From Owenia fusiformis (taxonomy: Eukaryota), in assembly GCA_903813345.2 (NCBI GenBank), contig CAIIXF020000001.1:6014001-6078000 (forward strand): a stretch of 64,000 nucleotides of DNA, read 5' to 3'. A program made the position numbers and the translations under genes. The notes under the pieces are model-generated. The model was given only the letters and a program-made list of their open reading frames with translations. It did not search any database and was not told the origin of the DNA. The number at the start of each line of letters is the position of its first letter. Position 1 is the first letter of the stretch. Positions 37,941 to 52,365 of the stretch are shown piece after piece.

Positions 37941-40659
37941 CCCTCTCAAGTTTAAATTAATTTCACCATGAAATAATAATAAAACCAAGCTATAAACTTT
38001 AAAATAAGTTTCTGGATTGCAAATTCAGAAATTCTTTCATAAATACTGGAGGGCAAGAAGGGTCACTTTTGGTAAAAGGTGTTTTCGTTTGAATCTGGCT
38101 CGAAATGAGGCAAAATCAAATGGGCATAAAGGTCGGTTACACAATATACTGATCCCCAATCAGGAGGTAATACCAGGCGACATACATTAAAAAAATAAAT
38201 AAATAGGCACGGTGATCTTGCCCAAGTGCTCTTCTTACACCGCTCTTCCCTAGGCGCATACGTGTACATTGAATAGCCTTTTCTTCTTCAAACAATTAAA
38301 TGTTCAGGGACTGGGAAATTAAATGTAACGCATTGAAACTTTTAATATTCGACGAAAAATATTTCCCCAGACCGACATTTTGTAAATTGTTTTGTGTAAT
38401 GATTTAACAGAGACATATGATAAAAAACATGTTTTATATTGCCTCTTAAATTGCTAGTCACATATACTGCATACCATTGGAAAGCTTACCTCGTCCTCTT
38501 TAATCTCATTCATACCCGAATCAGCGTGTCATCATATGTTGACAAAAATATTGGCAATTAAGAGACATACATGTATAAAACGTAGTTTTGTGTTTTATAA
38601 TGAGAGATAATTCAAAGAAAGTAAATTGCACAAATCTTGTTGAAACATGTTGAGATAAGAATTCAATGCAATATACTTTTCAGATAACTTGTGAACGTTC
38701 CAACATTTCCGCGAAAAAACAGATCGCTATTTGTATGGTAAGTTAAACAACACCCAAGCTAAGCTCAAGCCGATGATCGCCATCATGGTTTGTATTGTAT
38801 GGTTCCTACAATGACCAAGTTCTTGACAATTATGCACTATCCAATCAACACAACAATTCAGATAATGTTCTTAGAAAAACAATTTATTGCTACTTAAAAA
38901 TATAAGAGTTGGAGCTTTGAGAGAGATGACATTGTGTAAGAAAGAAAGTAAGCGATTGCAATAGATAAAGCATGCACATATCCAGTTTGTAGTCCCCCAA
39001 CATCAAACTCAGTGAATGTTTTAATTTGATGCCATCTTTAGCATTGATGATATCAAGTTAATCCAACTAATCACTGTCAAAAAGAACAATTTACACCTTT
39101 ACCAATGAAATACACCACTAGGAAATAATAGCTTGAAATAAGCCATAAATAAATCATATGATAGTTGTTTTTACATTATCCCATTGAGACTATTCTTAAG
39201 TTTGGCTAATACTCTATTAACATGTTTGTAGCCATAACATTCAATGTATGTACTTCACTGTATAATATATAGTTTTTGCCTTCACCTCTCTTAACTTGTG
39301 AATGTAGGTTGTGAAATTTGGGTTTTCTGACTTGGTTTTGCTCCTTGTTGCATTGACACAAACTCATGTACAAAATGTACAATAAATAACCCCTTTAATT
39401 GGTGTCTCAATGTTATGCAAGTAATACAAGAAAACTGATACATAATTAGACATATGTATGTAATAAATAACACAAATGAGATTACTGTGGTTTGTATGTA
39501 ACTAACATAACATACTTAATAAATTATGACAAAAACATTCAGAAACGTAGTCTGTCCAAAAATATATCAGATCATTTGCACATAAATAACAAATAAATAC
39601 AACAAAAATGTTAGTTTACATTTTTACTCTGGGTCATTATTACCATGTTTTACACTACTCACATGCATTGATTGAATCATTGGAGGTTCTGTCACATCCA
39701 CGATTACTTCTTAAATTGGATTGAAACATGACCCAATAATGACAAACTATTTACATATTATTTAATATTTATACATTACATAATAGTGTAAGACAGCAGC
39801 TCTGTGCATGAACTGGATTTGCTTTTATAATGCTCAAGTCTGTGCTTGTAACAAAAGTTTATGCTTGTGAACACAAGCTTGATGAATTATAATCAATGTT
39901 TGCTGCTGCAATCTTGATGCACAGTTTCAATAAAGTACAGCTGTTCCATAATAACATATTAACAATTACATTTTACAAAATAAATTATGTTAGTATAGAA
40001 CTAGTAGTAGGTTAATGTCAATGAATAAATCTCATTTTGTGCTATTTGATGCATGAATATCATTACTTGTCAACATTGCACTGACTTATGATTACACTGT
40101 AACACAAACTAAACTGATATACATATACTGCTTATAATTTGGCATTTTTAATAATGAAAATCCATTATTTATAGAGATCCGTTTTCCAAGGGCATTATAG
40201 AGTGTTTATATACAAATTATCAAGCAAAGTAAAAAATTACAGAGAAGATACCTTCTCTGAACTGTCCCTGGCAGTAAATAATACAAAGCCCTTGAGAAAA
40301 CCCTATGGGACAGTCATTTTCAATTTGCATTGAAAACATATTATTTTATATTCTGTAGGCCTATGTATTAAGCATTGACACAAAGTACATGCTCCCAGTG
40401 GAGTTGGATAACATATCTGGCAATACAAAATGGCAAGCAACTCATATTTTCAAGTGACCACAATAGTTATATATCGGAAAATTATAAGCCCTTTCTGTGG
40501 CTGAATAAAAACATCTTATGACTTAGTTACAATTGTGTAAATCTAGAGACATATTTTATTTTACACATAACTTATGAAACTGTTTTTTTTCTCAATAACA
40601 GATGAAAATTTTGTACTGTATTGCGTTATAACTGTTATTCCATAGTTAGCATGATATTC

Positions 40660-41070
40660 ATAGGATAACATGTGAAAATAAAAACGGTATTTTTGTAATC
40701 AGTGGTAAAATATGATATTTTTGACAAACTTTCACTTAACCATAGCATACGATTTTTTAGCCATGACATACGACGTCGTATGCGATGGTTTATGGATTTT
40801 TGCTACTTCAGACTCAAAACGAGGCTAAGTGTCAACATCGCCGGATCGTTTGGAAAATTCGAATTAAATGACTTAATTTCCGACGATTCTGATGATGACT
40901 TTAACTATGGAATAAAAAGAACATCCTATGATTTACTCGTGATATGATTTTAATCCACTCATGGTTATTGATATCTGCACTCTCTCGCTACGCTCGCTCG
41001 TGCAGATATCATATCCATTCGTGGATAAAAATCATATCACTCATAAATCATAGGATATCCTCTATTTATT
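40660..41070. mobile_element. Unclassified non-autonomous element with terminal hairpin
   Basis: Inverted repeat atcctatgatttactcgtgatatgatttt...gatatctgcac / gtgcagatatc...aaaatcatatcactcataaatcataggat (40923-41057). The left boundary is approximate. Confidence 0.55.
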
Positions 41071-41128
41071 ATCATCAGTGTTTAATTGCCAGCAACTCAC
41101 TTTCCACAGATTTCCACTAAACACTTAA

Positions 41129-41317
41129 GGTAGTTCTACAAATGTTAAAAATAAATTTTGAGGATGTGGCATTTCGACAATTTAATTAAAATATTTTGGT
41201 ATTAAACCATGTTTTGTACTATGTACCACAATGTGTGAATATTCATATCCCTTCAGAAGTGAAAAATATTATCCCAATCATGACAATTACATAAAATTCT
41301 TATCATACAGAACTACC
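41129..41317. mobile_element. Small Kolobok-like MITE (TTAA TSD)
   Basis: ttaa|ggtagttct ... agaactacc|ttaa. Confidence 0.6.
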
Positions 41318-42275
41318 TTAATTTGAGATCATACACTATTTTACTCGAATTAACAATTAAATAGTGCTAACAATAATATCAATTCCCCCAGTAGCAATGG
41401 ATTTCAGAGTGCAATCACAATCAATTTTTGAATAACATTTATCATTTTATAGGATTAATTCATCAATATGATAATTGTGGAATTGAATGTGTAATTTCTG
41501 AATCAATCCGTTAACTGATAAAATGCATTGTAATTACTTATACCTTATTGAGATTCAATATTCCACTAGGTAAATCCTATGTCTCTAGAGAGCCTAGGAA
41601 TATACTTAGTATATGATAACTTGAATAAATGTTGGAATGTAAAACACAACATTAAACATGTTAAATATCTTGTCATAACCTGACCATGAATCTCAGTGAT
41701 TATAATACTGACACTAAAATTGTGCATACATTAATCAATCACCAAATTGTAATTGATTTAGAAGAACATTTTTAAATGTTACATTAACAGTGGAAATATT
41801 TGCAAATGTAAATTTTGTTACATTTCTTCATATAAGTAAGTTCAGTTATCCACCAGATTGGTCAGAGTATGCCACATGAGTTCAAATCCCTTATTTACAC
41901 CGGTTATATATAACATACAAGCTTCCCTATGTACAGTGAGGACACCCTCTAAACTAACTAATTCTAAGGATTTCTCTATAAAATGTGTAGACCCTGTTAT
42001 TTGAAATGATATCAAAATGTATTTCAATTATTGGAACACTAGACAAACTGCATTTTCATGTGGATTTCTTCACACAGGCCATTGCACCGACTGTTGCTAT
42101 AGACTGGGTCTCTTGCACTGACCATTTCACTGACTGTTGATTTAGGTTAACTCTCTTGGACAGGCGATTGCACGGACTGTTGCTATAGACTGGGTCTCTT
42201 GTTGCGTATATGGATAAAGACAAATCCATTTTGGAAATCTTCAGATTGTAAATGTTTTACTTATTGGAATATCCA

Positions 42276-43486
42276 CTAGAATTTTCTTAAACGCTTAGCC
42301 ATCTCTTGGGTAAAGTCCATATCATAGAAAGAACGTTTGCCATACCTGCCTGCATCATGAGTGGCTTGCGCCTGTAGGGCAGTTGACATGGTTGAGAGTT
42401 CTAGAGGACGTGCCCCAAGTAGACCAGGATTTGTGGCGAGGGAGGGGGCACAGGCAAGCTGACTGGGGAGACCCAGGAGGTCTAACTGGGACTGGACTGC
42501 TGGTTGACCAGCTGGAGTGTCAATAAACTTCATGAAAGGTTGTTGTGCTTGCTGCGAGAGCATACCTAGAGACTGGGCCTGTGAATAAGCTTGCATGGGT
42601 GTGATACCTTGGAGTGTGCCTAGACCACCTGCTGATAATCCTTGAACCCCAGGCATGGCTGGGATGGTTGGTACACCACCTAGGCCCTGGACTCCTGTCA
42701 GACCTGGTTGCATACCCTGAACCTGTTGCATCCCTTGTATCCCAGGCACTTGCTGCATACCTGCATAACCCTGGGGGAGTCCTGCAAGACTCTGTTGTAG
42801 ACTGGGTACACCGGGGATTCCTTGTAGACTTGGTAATGTCTGTAGGCCTGTCATAGTGGGAATTCCAGGCATGAGTTGCTGTAGGGAGGAGGGTTGGATT
42901 GACTGGGTAGTGGCTGGGATGGTTAGACTACGCCCAGTGTAGTTGACTGCTGCTGCAGCTGCAACATTATGACCAGGCTGCCCCAAAATTGAAGCCTGTG
43001 GAGAGGCAGGTCTGTATGGGGACCCTGGGGCTGGAGGTCTCATCTCTAGGCCATTTGCATCTGGCTTCATTGGTGGACTACCTCTCTTAGCAACTGTCCA
43101 AGGTTTGGCCCATGGCTTAGCATTGATCTGATCCACTATGTGCTTCAGCCTGGGATTTTCCATGATACCTCTAGGCCCCCCTGGAAAAACTACTTGAGGT
43201 CTGAGTGGAGGGGTGGCAGCTGGAGCAGGTTGATGTCCATTCATGATTGGAGGTAAACCAGGAGGGCAGCCTAGTAAACCATCTGCTCCTGGGGGATGTA
43301 GCACCTGACCAGGAATGATGGGCATGCCTGGTGGCTTAGCAAGCATAGGTACACCAGGTCTAACTGGGGCCCCAGCAAGTTTGGGAGATACAGTGCCTAA
43401 CTGGAGGGCCTGGTCTGGAATTCCTACAGCTAGTGGGGAGACTGGAGGTGTGGAAGCATTCACAAATGGCCCACCTATCTTAGCTT
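42276..43486 (-). CDS. DUF3715 (TASOR/TEX15-like) gene, last exon: P/Q/G-rich low-complexity tail with basic C-terminus
   Basis: gtttcag|AA GCT AAG...; 1211-nt open exon ending GKRSFYDMDFTQEMAKRLRKF*. Confidence 0.88.
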
Positions 43487-43729
43487 CTGAAACAGATAAA
43501 ACAGGTTAAGTTGTTGTTGCACAACCAAATAAAATATATTTGTATTCTGAGTGGTTCACAGATTCCTAATACTTTATCATGTATCAGATTATTGCCTCAT
43601 ACGTTATTGTTTATGCAAGTTGGGCAAGTTGTTTTTAGTGTTTTTAGTTGCAAAATAAATGTTTGATGTTTATGGATTGAACATGACTTTTTCCTCTTGC
43701 TAATACTATTAACATGTAACATTACTTAC

Positions 43730-43934
43730 CTGGTCTTGCATTGATGGCATTCACTATCTCCTGTAGAGCTGGGTTCTCTGCTAGCTGTGCATTGATTGGT
43801 TGGGCTTGTGGTAGAGTACTAACCACAGGACTGACTATCTGTGAATGGCGGGATAAGCTGACCACACAATATGGCATGCAAAGTCTTGGACGACGTACTG
43901 GCTTACGCTGACTATCCATTTCAAACAGATAAAC
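43730..43934 (-). CDS. DUF3715 gene exon
   Basis: ctgtag|VYLFEMDSQRKPVRRPRLCMPYCVV...INARP|gtaagt; matches the TASOR/TEX15 'YxYE...PRxxxPYAVV' motif. Confidence 0.88.
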
Positions 43935-44530
43935 CTACAGAAAAGATATGTGCACTGAATTACATGGGTCTAAAGCTCAGGATTACGTACTAGCTTACGC
44001 TGACTATACATCTCAAACAGATAAACCTACAGAAAAGATATGAGCAGTGAATTACATGGGCCCAAAGCTCAGGATGGCAGACTGGCTTACGCTGACTATC
44101 CATCTCAAACAGATAAACCTACAGTAAAGATATGTGCATTGAATGACATGGGCCCAAAGCTCAGGATGACGTTCTGGCTTACGCTGACTATCCATCTCAA
44201 ACAGATAAACCTACAGTAAAGATATGTGCATTGAATTACATGGGCCCAAAGCTCAGGATGGCAGACTGGCTTTTGCTGACTATCCATCTCAAACAGATAA
44301 ACCTACAGAAAAGATATGAGATTGAATGACATGGGCCCAAAGCTCAGGATGGCAGACTGGCTTACGCTGACTATCTAGTATCCGTCTCAAACAGATAAAC
44401 CTACAGAAAAGATATATGCATTGAATGACATGGGCCCAAAGCTCAGGATGGCAGACTGGCTTACGCTGACTATCCATCTCAAACAGATAAACCTACAAAA
44501 AAGATATGTGAATCGAATAACATGGGTTTA
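43885..44530 (-). repeat. 7 x ~92-bp tandem repeat spanning a splice acceptor and exon 5' end
   Basis: aaacagataaacctaca at 43923, 44015, 44107, 44199, 44291, 44389 and 44481. Confidence 0.95.
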
Positions 44531-44931
44531 AAGCCAAAGATGATGGTTTGACTCATGTTGAATGTTCATCTCATAAAAGAAGAGGGTAATAACCAGGCTA
44601 CATGTAAGATATTCATTTCATTTCTGGATATCCATGATTGTGAACACCAATACACTAAGAAAGAGAAATTCCATTATTGAGTCAAAATGACTAAATCAAA
44701 CACAGCATTGACATATAAACCTGGTACATGTATATGTAACGACAATATGACTTATGCAAATGCATTTTGAGTTTTTATGAACTATCATTTAAATCAATAA
44801 GTTTCAACAATAGTCTTGTCATTTAATCAATTCTGGTTCAATATGTTCCATAAAATGTTCTACAGTAGATCCATTACAGGAGCTCATATGTGATAAGCCC
44901 TTGTAAGAGTACTACATGTACCACTACCTAC

Positions 44932-45078
44932 CTGTGCTTTGTCAGCCTTTGCCTGAAGAGTATCATGTGGGAATGATGGGAGTGCAGAGATGTGACAATC
45001 AAAGTTAGGTGTGGGCCTGATGAACTCTGTCGCGTTACTCACTCTTGGCACAGCAGTCGTTCTTTTACCATACATGAA
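44932..45078 (-). CDS. DUF3715 gene exon
   Basis: tttcag|FMYGKRTTAVPR...PTPNFDCHIS...KAQ|gtaggt; PTPxxDCHxS is the DUF3715 signature. Confidence 0.9.
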
Positions 45079-45761
45079 CTGAAACATACGAATTAACAAG
45101 TTCATTTAATAGAAATCCATCACTTTTGTGCCCGTTTTGTATCATTATAGACCAATCTCTGTCACTAACATTTCCTCACCTAAGCAGAGATAAAACAGAT
45201 TCGATTAAACACAATCCATCTATTATTTTATGTCAATTTCCCATATTGTAACTGTACATTCAAAATCGGGATTAAGACTCACAGTTGCTGTCGATGAGTC
45301 TTTTGCAAATGTATATGTGGTCTAATATAACAGAAGAGCAAGATATTCATTAAATAGTATGAACTATAATCAATATACGTTTCATTGTGTTTGTTGTATT
45401 AATTGTTAAGGTTATTCGCTACAACAATATATATTGCTATATAGAGGAGGAATAGATGGCAATAGTAGTCTTGGTCACTGGTCAGGCTAGTATTTTATTC
45501 CCTTATATGGAAAAAGTCACTTTATTTCTAAATTTATCAAGTATTTCTAATTGGTTTAATGAACCTTTAATGATTATATGTAGTAACTAATAAAAAGTGT
45601 CGATAGAACCTTTTCCAGAAAACTGAGTGGAAAAAAGATGGATCAGCTATCACTGAAACAAGTAAATAAAGTTAGAAAAAATGACAGACAAAATTTCAGC
45701 TATCCATCTGTATCAATTGAGAACTTTCCCTATTCTATCCCTTTTCTGCATTCATTAGTAC

Positions 45762-46021
45762 CTTAAATACTGCCATCCTTAATGTTTGCTGATCCCTGCC
45801 CCCTGGCTTCTCCAACGCCTCCTGTATACACACATCGGCATGTTTACACACATAGACCCCAAGTGAATTGTAGCCAAGTACATTGTGTACAGAATCTTGT
45901 GTCATCAGCCCATTGGTTGTAATGTTAACAAGGGCTCCATTGTCATTCTCACATACAAATCCATAATGCTCCTCCATCTCAGCCTCATTGTATCCAAGCC
46001 TTGTGAAGTGCTCTTTGACAT
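45762..46021 (-). CDS. DUF3715 gene exon (pseudo-PARP core)
   Basis: atttcag|DVKEHF...EEHYGF...ITTNGL...LGYNSLGVYVCKHADVC...MAVFK|gtacta. Confidence 0.9.
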
Positions 46022-47073
46022 CTGAAATACAATAAGCCATGCTCCATGCATTGATTATGAAATAATGATTTCTCCTTATTAAGAAGTAATGATGATTGCG
46101 CTACTTCTTATCAGGTTAATTGCTATATTGAGCCGATGATTTGTGATCAATTGGGAATTGATAGGACAGATACTGAAGGATATAAAGCTTCATTGTTTTA
46201 TATAAAATCATTTGACAGTTATCAGTGTTCAATACAATATCATCATTTATCAATTTGATACGAGTGAATCTTCTTTAAACACCACTCAATTCCAATCATA
46301 GGTTTTTAAATCAATTCTATTAGACTTGACAGTCTTTGTAATTTACTTGGATTTTCCAATTTGTGAAGCACCAAATCTGAGAAATCAATGCTCAATATAA
46401 ATCTGCAATGACACGAATACTTCTGGGAGTATCAGTCAAAACTGGCGTTACTCTAATGTCAGATGCACTGTCCAAAGAAATTGTTAAATTGTACTGATCT
46501 TCCATGTTATCATCCAGGTGGACAGTAACAGAAACTTCGTAAAGTTACGAATTCGTAAATCAATTGTTGTTACCATGGATATAATGACATCACAGTTAGA
46601 AAACAATTGAGTTTAGGAATTCCTAACTTTAGGAAGTTTCTGTTAATGGCCCCCAGAGGAATAACCCAGTTGGCTGGGTTTTGCTTTCGAAAGTTATTAG
46701 AAGTGTAATGGAGCAAAAAATAGAAACAGTTCAGTTTAGAACAATTGGCATTGGCAATTTCAGCATGGTTTAGAATGAGTGACTGCATGTATTAGATTAA
46801 TATTAAGTTGATTTATATCTAGGTCTTTCTGATAGCAAAAAGTTCCTAAAAACTCTCCAATGAGAAGGAGTGAAAAATGTACTTATTTTGGTGCTAAAAA
46901 GTGAAAGAAAATTGCTGTTCTGTGGTGATTTATGCAGATTAGAACAAAATCTTTGAGATTATCTTGTTCTAGAACTGAACCTTAATGTTAAATTTTTGTT
47001 CCATGTTCCAATCCAAGAGCCTTAGATTCCGCAGACAGGAACAAAATTGTTCTCTTTTAGCTAATGTGCATAC

Positions 47074-47226
47074 CTTGAAATTCCTGGGCAAGTTTTTCAT
47101 TCTGAACTATCTGTACAATCTTAGGAGTCCACTCGCTTTTGTATTCTCTATCAAGGTTGGTGTCTTGGATGTCTTTTAGTATGTCTTGCTCAAAGTCACT
47201 ATTTGGTTCTAACTGGATTAGTATGC
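47074..47226 (-). CDS. DUF3715 gene exon
   Basis: cctag|GILIQLEPNSDFEQDILK...VQIVQNEKLAQEFQ|gtatgc; resembles the start of a PARP-like fold. Confidence 0.85.
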
Positions 47227-50200
47227 CTAGGAACAGTATTAGACAATGTGAACATAAAGAGCAGAATATCATACATTTGTAGGGCATACAGGGGAAAAAG
47301 GGACAAACAAAACAGAACAGAAAATATCAGGAATGCACCAAAATCTCCAAACTGACCATGTTAAACACTTAAAGAAAGCTGTTTGTCTAAAGCAAACCTA
47401 GTAATTCGCTTCAATGCTCTAATATGTACAGTAGCTAAAAAAGCATCTGAGAAAAAAAGATAACGATATCAACAAAAATAAAAAATTTAAGTTTAAAAAA
47501 TATTCTAATGGAAAGAATATATAGGACATAAATGTACAATATTGTATGTTGTGATTACATGACTTTTAAGGACTGTGCTAATAGTAAGTCTGATTTTAAC
47601 ATAAGATTTAAAAGAAATAGATATTGAAAGCAGATATTAATATTAAAGGAATACAAACCATACACCCTTGAGGTCTACAATATTACATGGTGAACAGTAA
47701 TAAAACATCTACCAAAACATGCATTTAGTTGAATCATAGAATCCCAAACTAAATATGTCAAAGCTTTCAAATTGCCAATCAATTTATGTAAGATCTGTTC
47801 ATTCTTATTCCGGCAGCAGTAATTTGTCAAGAAACGTATGTTTTGTATAAAATTAAACCAGCTTTAGTGAACACCTCTCTGGAGAGGCAAAGGTGTTTAT
47901 CAGGTGTTTTTCTTTTGTCTAATAAATACAAGATTAAATGTCATATATATGTTGACATGGCAACACTCTATTGTAGGATGAAAAGGAATTTTGTAAGAAC
48001 ATTTCTGAAAGCTTTGACACATTTCTAGGGGCCATTTCGAAATCACAATACTTGAATTAGTAATTTAATCTACATATACGGTGATTTATAAATTATAATC
48101 ATTCATAAATGAAAACATTGAAAGGAATATGAATCTTGTCTGCTCTAAGTGCACATTTAGCATTTCGTTTTTTTGGAATCCATTTTTCATACACGGAAAT
48201 TGGTCTATTTTACACATGCTTTATAAGGAACACAAAATAGTGCTTTAGTTGGCGAATAAATTAATAAAGTCTATAAAAATAAAGAAAATGAAAAAATTAT
48301 CAGGATATTGCACATCTCCGTATATGGTAAATTAGGTGCTCCAATCACGAAATTGGAACATAAATCTAATCCAATGCTTTTACATGAAGAGGACAGTATT
48401 CATCCACTTGGTCAGTAGTAATTATCCAGAGAAACAAATTAATGGACTTCCATCTCTTTTGAACTCAATTTCCGACTTCAAGGGAATTGACCTCAATGAA
48501 TTGATGGACTTGAATTAACTGATGCTTTATTGATTTCCATTCTAACTACTGACTTTATATAATTGTAATGTTTGAACATCTGATGTATATAGCTTTTTAC
48601 TGAATTGGAATGTTTAATCAATTAATGGCTTGTAATGATGTTTTAGCTCAACTTTCTCAAAGGCTGGAAATGGGTTTTCACACGAAAAGAATTCTAAAGA
48701 TATACGCCTCTAAATTGCAATGTGAATTATTAAACCAGATAAGAGCTAATGGGACAAATATCATCCCAGGATAGCTTAAATTCTAATATATTCCATTTCG
48801 ACTCATCAGTCAATATTTCATTTGTAATAATGAAATGCATTAAACAGGATACCTACTCAATACATCCTTTTAACCGATTCTATTTGGAATTTTCTGTTAT
48901 TTCTTATCATTCACTAAAACATGTAAATTGATCTGTCCTACACTGTTGCTCATTTCCACAGCGACCATAAGAATGTTTTATTTTAACCAAGGGACGTGTT
49001 TAATTGTGAGATACGTCCTTTATAAGAGAACACAGGAGCTGGATGAGGCAAGATAAACCTATTATGAGTCCCAGGTGAGAGTAAATGGCATATCAGAATA
49101 ATTCATGGAGATATTCAGTTAACTGCTTCTATACTGAAGATATTGCCAGGGTTTCTGATGAGAAAAAAAATGATAAATTGTTGTTCTATAAATGTCCATC
49201 TCTATGGTAAATACCTATTAATTCAAAATAAGCTGCATGAATTTGCATTGAAACGTCTCAAAATGAACTTCAATTCTCAAGATAGAATATATTTTGAGTT
49301 GAAAAATTACTGTCCTTCCATAGAATAGAAGGAACGGAGGAAAAGAGGTCAAAAACACTTTTTATGGTCAACAAAATCTACCAAGCCTCCTTGAAAATTC
49401 ACTATTAAAAGAATATATTTCAAGCAACTAAAAGGCCAAGTTTCTTGTAAACAGAATTGCTTTCATAATTACTTCTGAGCACTGTCTTTGCAAATATAAT
49501 TGAATTAAATGACATTTCTGATTAAAGATAAATAATAGAAGGGAATCTTAATCCATGTCAAAATGATTTAATCAACTTTTATGACATGTTCATTCTCTTA
49601 AGCTAGCTCAAGTCAAACTTGATATGCGATTCATTGATTCTATTTCTATATTTCCACTTCTACCATATTTGTTTATGTTACTTTATTTGGACCATAAATT
49701 GATCATGACCACTGACCATGGGGAGGATTTAAGATAAATAAATAAAAGATAGTAATAATCTTCCTTGGTCTGAAATCCCAAATATTATGATTGTGCAAGT
49801 TTCAAACTTGGTATCCTGTCATATGATGTTTTAGATTTAATCTGATAAAGTATAATGTCTCAGACTTCAAAAGAGGGGAGGTTTTATAACATTTATTGCA
49901 CAGTGATTTGACTTAGTTCTTCCTTCCTTTTTTGGGATTACCTGAATATTTACTATACAAATAAAAATTAGTCCAAGGTATTAAAGGGAATTTCCCCGAT
50001 TAATATGATAAGTCCCTCTTTACTCTTGAACTGCCGGAGAATAAGCTCTGCAACTTGGATAATTTGATCAAGATGTTATTAACATCTTCCAGCCTTTGCT
50101 TCTTGTTTCAAGAAGAAATGAAAATTGAATGGAGTGTTTCAAAGATTTATTGGCATTTTATCTTCAATATTAGGCATATTACAAAGGAAAATGGGTTTCT

Positions 50201-52365
50201 TAAGGATAAGCAAACTTTTTAGAATCATATTAAGCTCTACATTACAATGCCGCAAAACAATTCCATGTGATATGTGTAATACAAACCATTTAACACATGA
50301 ACGTAAATACGGTTCTAATCTTTCCATGAAAATGGTACAATAGAACAAAAAAACACAGGATTTTATTAAGGTATTATATTATTGGGTCAATGTATTTTTA
50401 TCATTAATCATAACGAACTATGGTCACAATTTGATAAATAGCTGCATCCAATGAATGAATTATTCAACTCTGAACTGATTTATTATCATAAGTTGACTGA
50501 TCACCATTTCACATTCGCAAACATGTTCTCCTTCGTATATTTACTTCTTTAAATGAAAAATTATTACATTTCTTGAAGGATCCTACCCATCCTCCCAAAA
50601 CATGGTTGACATCAAATAGAATGTTACATAGAAAGTAAATTATATAAAGCATGTGTAGACCAAATCATTGTTCTATTATTTACAAGTAATAATTCAATGA
50701 TAGAATAATAGATTTGTGATTATCACGCAAAGATGTACGTACATAGAACAGGAAAGATTCCTTTCAACCAATTATCATGCAGTAGTTAAATTATACTATT
50801 ATTTCAACTAGAACTATAAACTGAGTAATTGTTAAGACAATACATACAAAAGTGTTACTTACATACAGTTAGTTTTAATACCATTCTTAAAATGGCGTTG
50901 ATATATAAATGATAAAAACAGTGAAACAACAAATAACTGAAATTAAGCAATAAAGAAAAAGATTCCTATCCCTAATTCAAGATTCCATACTTTTCACTAT
51001 GAACAAATGATATTATATTCTGCTTCATATGAAATCAACGACAAAATGTAAAATAATTTTTTTAACCTACAATTGCATCATCAATTAACAATAAATTAAT
51101 GGATATGTTCTGTGCATAACTAAAAATATGGTAATCTTGAAGAAGGCTTTAGAAAAACTGAATACAGGAGTCACAAATGCCTGGACAGATATTAACTAAG
51201 CTGTGTTATAAGGATATAAGGCACATTCAAAGCAAAAGTCCTAAATAAAACCTAAATAAGCTTTAATTGATAATTGTGATTAAGTATTTACTGCACAATA
51301 CCCAGTACAGTAGAACCTGAGTATACAGAGGTTACCTTAGGTAGATTATCATTTGAAGAGTATGCTCAACTTTAAACAAGTGATTGTTCTGAACCAATAC
51401 ATGTACTTAGTCAATCAGTGCCTGTTTTTTATTGGTGGTGCTTTCCAATGATGTCAACATTGACTGATTGATTTGAATGATTAGTTTGAATTATTACATA
51501 TTAGCGTATGATCATCAGCTACTCTCCGACTGATTGCGAAAACAATTCGGTATAATTCTCTGATTTAAGGATGAAGAACTGATAGTGTGAGAGTGAGTGC
51601 TAAACTGAAGATAAATCTAATAAAAACAAGTATAATGTTCTAACCAATGAGCTTTGGGAATCAGTACGCTAACAAATGTTTTACTGTATAGAAAACTAAA
51701 TTGGTACAAAAACAATCTGATGGTTTCTGAGAATCCTTTCAACATAAGCCTCTCTCCAAATTGAATTCCATATATGTGTATTATATATAATGATATTTGA
51801 TGATCACTTGACTTGAGTTATAGGTAAAAGTAAACATTTTGGATGATACAGGATGAAGTGAATATGATGCATGGTTTAAAGAAAATATATACATGATGTT
51901 TTTTATTCCTTTGACCAGATTTTCATTCATTATATGGCACAATGCTTTCTCAGATTAATCAGAACTCAGGTTACAATTGTTAAACATCCAGCATAAGCAA
52001 CATAAAACTACAACTACCACTGTTATTAACTACAATAAAACATTGTATTTATAACATGGATGGATAATAACCAATCTGCTAGCCATTTCATGTCTTTGAT
52101 TAATTCTGTTCAAGAGCTCACGAATGATTCACAAAATAGGATTAGAAAAATACAAAGAGAAACAGATATATCTTCATTAGTAAAATTAGCAATTCAAATT
52201 ATCTGTTTTTTTCTATGTCCTAGCCTGTTATTACTAGAAACCATAATGTAGCTTATTTAATCAGGGCTTTGTATTAGTTTCCAAAAGTCAGGAAATGATG
52301 CGCCTTTTCTTATAGCGCAACAGCAGCTGGCAACTTTAATTGTTAATTAAACAGCTTTTTTAGAC

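Noticed and set aside
42076-42200. ~40-bp direct repeat in the 3' UTR of the DUF3715 gene
   Set aside because: A simple local duplication with no evidence of function.
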